DNA of 57,827 nucleotides, counting the filler, from Circinaria calcarea (Eukaryota), in NCBI GenBank assembly GCA_051942165.1. It is 4 parts of 4 records of this genome, joined end to end, with 100 filler letters (N's around TTAATTAATTAA, not from the genome) between each part and the next. Parts side by side here need not be neighbours in the genome. Positions count along the whole stretch, not along the records: positions 43,475 to 57,827 come from JAVECS010000437.1; 3 more parts are not named here. One strand, given 5' to 3'. The stretch's first letter is position 1, and every line of letters begins with the position of its first letter. Position numbers and translations under genes: made by a program. The notes below the pieces were generated by a model. It ran no database searches, was not told the origin of the DNA, and saw nothing but the letters and a program-made list of their open reading frames with translations. This document shows positions 49,308 to 57,827 of the stretch, in pieces.

Positions 49308-51240
49308 GATTCGGTGGGCATGAGAGCGATTCTCGTCAACGGTGGGACATGCAGACGGATGTTTTTCCGCGACGAGAGGCACAGCGGAGCTTTCACGAGT
49401 CAACGGAAAAAAATGGAAAATTTCGCTCAAGCATGCCAAGCCGAGTGGGAGGGATTCCCTAATCCTCGATACATCATCCCTAGCCGGGCGGCCTGCATGA
49501 CATCGGCTGGACTGCGACGACAATGGTTGGCTGGGACAGTGCGGCCGGCAGGAAGGATCGCCTGCGCCTGCGCCTTTGCCTTTTCCATTTCCACCGTGGC
49601 TTAATCCTGTCCGTTGACTTTAGGTGAATCGCCTCTCAATGTATGGCATTCTCGACAGCTGGTGAAATGGTCGTGTGCCAGTAAAAGGGGGACAGTCCAC
49701 TGCAGAACCAGAGAGTCACGAATGCATAGGAACGGTCGGGAACCATCCTGCTTCGCCAGGTAGGTGCAGGGTCCACGGAATCTACTGTACGATGGGAACA
49801 TGTGGCGAGTCTACAGACCCTGAACCCATCGCAGATACATAAATGTTAATTTGGAGGTGCATGTTCCGTAAGAGCCGCGCGGGGCCACGGAGGAGTCGGG
49901 ATGGTTCACAAAACTCTCAACATGCCCAGCCGACGTCTGAGCGTTTCTCTAATTGACCTGGACCTTGCTCAATATCCGGCTGATTGCGGGTGCATACCAA
50001 CCACTCTTATCTACGGAGTAGGGAGTACATAACATGCCAGCATGCACAGCATACATCTACCTCCGGCTATGGTAGAGAGAGGGATGGAGTCTACCCTCGT
50101 CATGCATGCCCGCGTGTTGAGTTCACAGCGGACGACAGTAATGGCCTATGGCGCAACGGTTGTCCCTGCATACAGCTGCTTTAAGATAAATTGGTTTGAA
50201 CGATATCTGAGACTGAAAGACGGCTACCGAGTAGCGTGGATTAATCCACGGCAACATATCATTGGCCGCGACCCAGGAAGATGAGGGGTTTAGGTGCCCG
50301 AGAGCAAATTGAGGGGCTTCTACTGGCGATGGTACGTTTGAATGAATAGTTAATTGCGTTGGATGACAAGTAGGATCGGCCAGCTTCATCATAGAAGGAG
50401 TCGAGATCGGAGTTTGCTATGCGCTCTCGTCAATGTTTGGCTCTCCAGATCTGGCGACCGAAGAGCCATTCGAGGAGGAGAAGTAAAAAGTGGAAAAGGG
50501 ACCGACTTTGTACCTCTAGTAAAGATGGCCATATTTCTCGGCAAAGATGGCCACCTTAGATACGCTTCAAGTCTGAGATAGATTACATGGTAATCTTGCC
50601 ACCGGGACGGCGGGAGGACGGAGTAAAATTACGGAATACTCCGTAAGATGCCAGTCCTTGCTTAAACACCGGCCCGATGAGGACCGAGTTGCCCAAGAAA
50701 CAATCTTTGTTTACCAAGCCTTTTCCGTTCAGCACGTCCACCACTGCTGACGTGATTTTGAATTGTCCATCTCAGCCGCAGCCATCGATAAGGAAACCCT
50801 GCTACTCTGTAAACTCCGACCTATTTGGAACTTGAGCCCCACGTTGATTATGCAGGTGGCCTCTAAGGCCGTGTGTTTACCCACGTGTTTGTAATTTACA
50901 CGCGCACGGTACCGTCTCTACACTTGTGGACCATCCAGACACTCTTACCTCGTTCACTGTGGAATCGCTGCAAAACTTCAACATGCTTGGTGATTCTCCG
51001 CGTTAATTCGGAGATTTGCTTGAACAGGGGACCATATACTGCGGTTCCTCCTCACATAGTCGAGTCTTGATTTCTTGCCAGCATTGTTTGCAATGCCATG
51101 GTAATCAGGCCTCACCATGGTACTTCGCTACCTAACCTAACTATCGTTAACTTCCTTGGGATTTATGCTTATACATATTCATTATTTAGAGCTCCCTCTG
51201 ACCTGGCGGCTGAAAGTTTAGAGCCCCGCGATCTTGCCTG

Positions 51241-54048
51241 ATGGCTAGCCTACCCTATGCGCCATCTACAGCATTTCTGTCGAATCGTAGAGGAAAGGAT
51301 CTTATCTACATTTTTCAGCCAACAAACGAAGACCCAGCAACTGTTCAACTCGTGTCACTCAATGCCAGTGACTCCCTACATACCACCAACATTTCCACCA
51401 TTACGATCACGGAAAACCTGCCATTTCTCACCGACAACCTTACGTCTTACACGGCACTGGCCGATAGTGAAGGGGATATATTCGCATATGCTGGGAATTG
51501 TAAGGACACAGCAGGCCAGTCGACACTATGGAGCTTTGCGCCTACCAAAGACGATATTCGCGGGGTCTGGACGAAGAGAATATTATCACCATCAAGCACA
51601 AATGAGACAGACCATAATGGAAAGGCGAGATGTCTTGCTGCTGGCATGACATTCTCAACCACCGTTAATGCAACCTCGGATATCTACATTTTTGGGGGGA
51701 TGTGTCCTAGTAACAGAACAGCCTCATCTGCCGAGGACTGGCAAGCAGGAGCAGATTACTTCAACTCCCTACTGTCGCTACAATCACAATCATCGCCCTC
51801 GGAAAACCTGCAACTCCCTGGCTACGACCTTACCATACAATCAAGCAGGAGTCCGCCAATTCCTGAGGCTGGTTTCACAGTCACACCATTGAAACCTACC
51901 TTTTTTAACTCTTCCGACGGCAACACATCAAAGCAACAAAACTTTGTTCTCTTAGGTGGTCACACGAAGGAAGCTTTCATCAATATGTCCCAGGTGGCTC
52001 TGTTTTCATTACCCGAACAAAGCTGGGCATTTCTACCGGTTAACGCCCCAACTTCGACTACCAAAACAGATCTTACCGTCCGAGATAACAATAAGGTAGA
52101 CCCGAGGTCCGGCCACACGGCAGTACTCACTACAGATGGTCAACATGTTGTGATCTTCGGTGGCTGGGTAGGGGATGTGAATACACCTGCTGAGCCACAG
52201 CTAGCTATTCTAGAGCTAGGGCAGGGTTTTGGCGGTACTGGTGAATGGATGTGGACCATACCTGATGGGAAAGGTAACGTTCCAGTAACTGGATCTGGAA
52301 TTTACGGTCATGGCGCCGTGATGCTCCCTGGTGAAGTAATGATGGTCGTTGGTGGGTACCTTACCTCAGATTTCACAGCTACCCACTCGAAAAGGGCGGC
52401 CTCACGTATTTCTTCGAGTTATTTTTACAATGTAAGTTCTAGCACTTGGACAGATAGTTATACAAATCCGGCTGTGGCAATGTCACAGGAAGCATCGGCG
52501 GGTTCGAGTCTGGGTGCAGGGGGTTTGACTTCGAAGAAAGCAGGCTTAGGTGCAGGGTTGGCTTTCGGGCTTGCAGCTATCATCGGAGCATTGGTTCTAT
52601 ACTTATGCCACACCCGCAGACGGAAACGCCGCAGAGAAGCCCGCGATAAAGAATTACGTGACCTGGCCAAGGTTGCAGAAAGATTTCACTCTTTGGCTCT
52701 TGGGCATGGCGGAGTGGACGGGAGAGGGGCAGACAGGTCTGCAGTTGAATGGATGCAAGAACGTCATCAGAATTTGGAGGATGCCTACCCATGGGCACCC
52801 CGTGACAATGGCGGCACAGACGCGGAGAGGACAGGCTTACTGGTTGAGATTCCGAGCCCGACAAGAGGTCTTCGGCGATCTCTACACTCGAGAGGTCCTC
52901 ATCAGCAACCATCAAGATACGATGATAGGCGACGAAGCCGAGGATCCGGACATATCCACCCTATTGATGAACGGGATGAATACAACGAAGGAGTTCCGCC
53001 ACTCAACCCAGAAATGAAGCAACGTACCAACGGAAACATCTTAGGCACGGCGCCTGTACTTGACCCTTTCCGTGATCCAGCTCCGTTAGCCAGCCATCCT
53101 GTTGGTGTGTCCAGGACACCGTCGCCACAATCACCAGCCCGCGAAAGAGAGATGGAAGTGCGAAACTGGGTCAGCGATTGGACTGCAGCTGATGCATTGA
53201 TGCATCAGCATGCTGGCCGTATATCTCCGGACAAATCAGACCGAACATCTTCCACATTAAGCGAGCTTTCCACACTCTCCGCTTTCTCGATCCATTCAAA
53301 TCAACAATCTATTGGGACTCTTGGTCGCAGTGTATCCCAAAGATCCACAGGGCTGTTCTCCTCAAATTTCTCTCCACCAGATAATCATACCACAAGTGCA
53401 ACACCTATTCTGGCCACTTTGGGTCGGGGTGAATTATCACGAGGAAAAAACCAACCAAATCGCCGTTCACAGTCTTTGACGCTAAACACGGTACCATCGC
53501 GATTCAGGACATCAGACTTGGTTCCTTTCACCGCCGTCTCGTTCCCTCGACTTCGCTCCGAGGGTGAAGCATTACTCGGGGGTTTCTCTGAACAGGGCGA
53601 GAGATCCCCAGTCCGGACTCAAAGTCGAGCAAAAGGATGGATGGGAAGTATGAGAAGAGCATTGACAGGTAGCGATGGGAGTACTTCGACTTCTCCAGAA
53701 AATGGCGACCACAGTTCTTCTTCATCGCCTACAAAGTACCAATATACCGACACGGACGTACCAAGGCGTGCGGCCAGTACGGGTACCATGCTCTGGAGGA
53801 AGAGACAAGGTGCGAAGGATTGGGACGTCGAGGACTACCATCGCAGGGAAGAGGTTCAAGCAGCTGAAAGCAGTGCGAACGAAGACCATGAGGAATGGGA
53901 CGTCGAATCGGCCGTTGAAAGAAGGGTGGTTCAAGTCATGTTCACAGTTCCGAAGGAGAAGTTGAGGATTGTCAATGGAGCTCCTGATGCAGATGAGGAG
54001 AGCATCGGCGGTAGGGAACAAGATATAGTGGAGAGGGATGCTAAGTAA
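51241..54048 (+). CDS. Kelch/galactose-oxidase-like beta-propeller single-pass membrane protein
   Basis: Kelch-like GG motifs (IYIFGGM, FVLLGGH, PRSGHTAV..VVIFGGW, YGHGAV..MMVVGGY), a TM segment (AGLGAGLAFGLAAIIGALVLYL) followed by RRRKRRR, and a Ser/Arg-rich cytoplasmic tail ending WDVESAVERRVVQVMFTVPKEKLRIVN. Confidence 0.8.
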   Translation: MASLPYAPSTAFLSNRRGKDLIYIFQPTNEDPATVQLVSLNASDSLHTTNISTITITENLPFLTDNLTSYTALADSEGDIFAYAGNCKDTAGQSTLWSFAPTKDDIRGVWTKRILSPSSTNETDHNGKARCLAAGMTFSTTVNATSDIYIFGGMCPSNRTASSAEDWQAGADYFNSLLSLQSQSSPSENLQLPGYDLTIQSSRSPPIPEAGFTVTPLKPTFFNSSDGNTSKQQNFVLLGGHTKEAFINMSQVALFSLPEQSWAFLPVNAPTSTTKTDLTVRDNNKVDPRSGHTAVLTTDGQHVVIFGGWVGDVNTPAEPQLAILELGQGFGGTGEWMWTIPDGKGNVPVTGSGIYGHGAVMLPGEVMMVVGGYLTSDFTATHSKRAASRISSSYFYNVSSSTWTDSYTNPAVAMSQEASAGSSLGAGGLTSKKAGLGAGLAFGLAAIIGALVLYLCHTRRRKRRREARDKELRDLAKVAERFHSLALGHGGVDGRGADRSAVEWMQERHQNLEDAYPWAPRDNGGTDAERTGLLVEIPSPTRGLRRSLHSRGPHQQPSRYDDRRRSRGSGHIHPIDERDEYNEGVPPLNPEMKQRTNGNILGTAPVLDPFRDPAPLASHPVGVSRTPSPQSPAREREMEVRNWVSDWTAADALMHQHAGRISPDKSDRTSSTLSELSTLSAFSIHSNQQSIGTLGRSVSQRSTGLFSSNFSPPDNHTTSATPILATLGRGELSRGKNQPNRRSQSLTLNTVPSRFRTSDLVPFTAVSFPRLRSEGEALLGGFSEQGERSPVRTQSRAKGWMGSMRRALTGSDGSTSTSPENGDHSSSSSPTKYQYTDTDVPRRAASTGTMLWRKRQGAKDWDVEDYHRREEVQAAESSANEDHEEWDVESAVERRVVQVMFTVPKEKLRIVNGAPDADEESIGGREQDIVERDAK

Positions 54049-55422
54049 AGTGATGATATAGTGGGATAGGATGGTGCTGACGGTGTTTGATACGGGATTC
54101 AGAGAATCAGGTGTATTGCGGGATCTTTGAGTTCCTTCCCTGTCACTTTGGCTGTTTTAATATTCTGGGCGTGGAGTTTACAGCGTGTCCTAAGGGTCAA
54201 CGATGATATGACGAGTAGGGATAGTTATAGCCGTTGATAGTCTCCATAGGACGGACTAAAGGGAATTGATGTCATTGCAATGGTAAACATGGAACCGGCA
54301 TCTAGACGCTAGATGCCTTAATCACCTGGGCTTGAATCCAAGAGACTTGTTCCTATCATGTCCGTGTGGTGAATGGTAGATTGCCGCTATTTCCAAAATT
54401 ACTCCCAATCTGCCTCGCCCAAACTCGATTAGTCAGGTCGGGCGGTGTATCATACAGCCTAGCGGCCTGAAACAGATGAGGCTGTGCTCACCAGTAATTG
54501 ACTGGCTGTTTCGAGCAAGCCAGGCTACGCGATCTGATGCTACACCAGCCGCACACTGCCGTTGCCGTCTATCATAGTTCGAGCCAAGGACTCAAGGCTG
54601 ACTACACAGAGGGATCGAGGGAGGCACTGCAAGGTACGCGCTGATTCTATCTTGAGCGTCAGCGCAAGGACAACGGTGGTGCCATGTCCTGCTCTAAAGG
54701 TGATTCTTCTTTTCGCCAGGCCGTCATCTAAATCGACCGTCAAGTATCTGCTCGGCCTGATACATCTGCGCAGCCCCAAGGCTGAGATCCTTCCTTCCCT
54801 TTTGCACATGAAACCCGCCCACCACCCGAATCGTCATAGTCGTCCTTATTCACCGTTGCTTAAGCAATTCATAAGTCGTCATCATAAGACACCGAGATCT
54901 GTAGATGGGAAAGCCCCGAGTCACGCTCAGCAGCCTCTCTTATCAAACGACGGCGCTTCATTGAGCATCTCTCGTGCCGGAGCCAGGAGAACCGCATCAG
55001 CACCCAAGGCATTCGTGTTAGGAGAAAGGCCTGTGGGACCTATAACACTTTGCTGCAGCAGGAGACTGTACCCTACAGCTGGGCAAAGCTCGAGTCAGAG
55101 TCGCTAGCGGATCTCGCAACCCTCAGACGGACCCCCATGGTGCATGAGAAAACCAGACAACCTTAAAGCCTACCTCCACATTTTCGACCTCTCCCATATT
55201 AGCCGCTCTCAAACCCGTCTCCTAAAGTCCCTTGTCGGAGATAAGCACCAAGGCAACCATAGCGCAGACCCCAATACACCGCCCCAGTGACCTAGGACTT
55301 ATACGGTGTTATCAAACTAGAAATCCTCGACTCCCTCGTCTGTGCTTTAGGGCTTTCATCACAGCCCACCTAGGACACAAGCTTTAGCTGACCTATTCTA
55401 AGAAAAGCATTCAGATTGCACA

Positions 55423-57770
55423 ATGGAAGGGCAACAGGATCGGAGGAGATCCTTGTCCGTGGGCCACCAGAATGGGAGTACCATAAATCATCCGTCCTCG
55501 TCTCCACACTACCTTAACCACGATTCATTTCTTGATCTAGATCCCTCCACAAGCTCTTCGACCTTTACCACGGGGGCTTTCAATACGGGTGTCCCGTCAG
55601 TTTCCGGCGCCGAGCAATACAGCTTCCAGAACGATTATCTTCCCTCCACCGCTCAAGGTCCTCCGTTCCAGCAGCATATGTTACCTGGTAACGACTTTGC
55701 GGATCAGGATTTTAGTCAGCCGTTTCGACAAAGGAACAGCATATCAAACGGCCAGCAGAGGCCTTCGCAGTTGACCCTCCAACAATCCAATCATCGACTC
55801 TCAGGTGACTTCCTTAACACAGAGAGGTCGGCGCCCTTTACCGATCCCTTTCATCAACAAGATATTCCTCAGAAGCAGGACCTCCTTATGTTGAATCCTT
55901 CCATGCAGTCGAGCAATCAACCGCAGAACCAATCGATAAATCCTGCAGATATCATGAGCAATATGTCTTCACCTCAGAACCACCTAGTCACCCCGCCCAA
56001 TCTCATGTCACTCGATTCTCTATCCTCATCGGGGCAGGCTCCATCTCCTCAGCAAAGGCTCTACTCCCCTAATCATTCGCGTCAGGTCTCCCTAGAGCCG
56101 GCGAGTGCAGCTTTCATGCATGGTCAGCAGCCGACGGATTGGACAGGCATGCTTGGGGCTGCATTCCAGCAACGTAGAAGAGCACCTTCAGAGCACTCCG
56201 AAGTCTCCTCCGTAACTCCTTCGCCGTTTCTTCCACAGCAAGACAGCTTCGAGACATACGATCAAGGCCACTCGCCGATGCTCAAACCCCAACAGGATAG
56301 TAGCCTTTACCAGGATGCTGCATTCGGAATAGAACGGTTCAGTCTTGCGGATCAACAGCAGCAGCAACAAAAGCAACAGCAACACCAGCAACGAAGAGGG
56401 ATGAGTCCGGGTCAAAGCCCTTACATTTCGCCCCAAATGTCCCCGCACCATCAAGGCCTAGGCATTTCTCAAGAAAACCCGTTCGGCATTCTCAATTCAA
56501 CCGAAATCAGTAATCAATTCTCCGGGGGCCCTGGTCCGCAGATCTACAATGGACAAAGCGAACCGGACTTTTCAAATTTCCGACTAAAGCACGAAACAGG
56601 CGACATGGGGCAGGCTGCGCAAATGGCACCGCCGGAGATCAATGTGGAGCTTGCGCCTCCGTCACGACAACAGCATTTCGAGCTTCACAATACAGAGAAT
56701 GATCTCGACGCTCTCAGTCCACCGGAACGAGGTGTGCCCGAGTCTACCGTCAGTTTTATCTTACATTGATTAACTTGTCTATAGGGCGTCGTGGTCGAAT
56801 GAGGGCAAAATCCGATCCTTCTTTCCACCCTATCCCCCGGGCAACATCGCCAGCGGAGGCATCTTCTGACTTGATGACTATGGAAGTAAGCCAACGTAAT
56901 CGCTCCCTCTCCCCATTCGACGCATCTCCTGCCTCCAATGTATCTCGAGACGTATCCCCGGCCTCCAGATCATCTCGTCGCTCGTCAACCTCTTCAATCC
57001 CAAATCGAGATTACATACTTGAACTTGCAGACCCCAATCGGCCTTCTGCCAACGGCACTGACAGGCAGGGTCGTGTTCAGAAGCACCCGGCAACATTTCA
57101 GTGCACCCTTTGCCCTAAAAGATTCACGCGTGCTTACAATCTTCGTTCTCACCTAAGGACCCATACTGACGAGCGTCCTTTCGTCTGTACGGTTTGCGGC
57201 AAGGCTTTTGCACGTCAGCATGACCGGAAAAGACACGAGGGCTTGCATAGCGGCGAGAAGAAGTTTGTGTGTCGAGGTGAATTAGGGGGAGGTGGTTCTT
57301 GGGGATGTGGGCGACGTTTCGCAAGGGCGGATGCCTTGGGAAGACATTTCCGTAGCGAAGCAGGTAGGGTGTGTATCAAACCCCTGTTGGACGAGGAAGC
57401 ACTCGAGCGGCAGCGGCTTTACGAAGAGCAAATGTTGCAGCAACAAGGTATGCAAGGGCCCGGTAACGGTCTGCAACCTCCGAGTCAAATGATGGATATA
57501 AATGGTGGGGGATTTACCTTGCCGGCAGCATTGTTGGCACAGTACCCTGCGCTTCAGGGTCTGCAGTGGGACCAGCTCAGTACGGCCGGTGGACCTGGAG
57601 ATGAAGGTGAGTTGAGTGGGAGGAGCAGCTTTGACGCCTCCAGCGGAGGAGACTATTTTGATGAAGAGGAAGGAAGTGGATATGTGAGTGGGCCTGGGAC
57701 AACTTATGGCAATGCATGGGGGGCGCCGGCAGGGAACCACGACTGGGCGAGTGATTACGAGGGACGGTAG
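55423..57770 (+). CDS. crzA: Calcineurin-responsive C2H2 zinc-finger transcription factor CrzA/Crz1, 2 exons (intron 56732-56784)
   Basis: [56 protein letters not shown]...[22 protein letters not shown], a PxIxIT-like docking motif PEINVE and a Gln tract. Confidence 0.96.
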
Positions 57771-57827
57771 ATTTCCACTGGTCAAAGCTCTTGCTGCCTC
57801 TCTTCGGACAGATCGAACAGTCTGAGC

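Noticed and set aside
54297..54317. Hairpin GGCATCTAG-acg-CTAGATGCC as a terminator
   Set aside because: Intrinsic terminators do not apply to fungal Pol II genes, and one 9-bp stem can arise by chance in 58 kb.
54562..55107. 181-aa ORF upstream of crzA
   Set aside because: Non-ATG start and no recognisable features; more likely promoter or 5' UTR sequence.

Overview
Eukaryotic DNA from a filamentous ascomycete (Pezizomycotina), judged from short GT-AG introns with CTRAC/CTAAY branch sites and Aspergillus-like orthologues. The window is four contigs joined by artificial 100-nt N44-TTAATTAATTAA-N44 linkers (14402, 28895, 43375), so adjacency across them is unproven. From 12.9 kb onward most genes are conserved core genes: RIT1, a divergent NIMA-like kinase, the GATA factor nsdD with a long gene-free upstream region, a Whi3-type RRM protein, the response regulator Ssk1, LYS1 (with a Gcn4/CpcA site), a Ppn2-like metallophosphoesterase, a Sak1/Ssp1 CaMKK-type kinase, a Kelch-like membrane protein and crzA. 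The first ~12 kb is an accessory region and holds the main finding. After an AT-rich, RIP-like transposon end comes a spliced PD-(D/E)xK nuclease-fold gene. It is followed by a co-oriented tandem family sharing a ~190-aa domain I cannot name: three gene-length copies with an identical 69-nt exon, plus two frameshifted relic fragments that the ORF track misses. This looks like a fast-evolving birth-and-death locus; its function (DNA-binding regulator, self/non-self or drive/antidote module) is only a hypothesis. All exon models were derived by eye.
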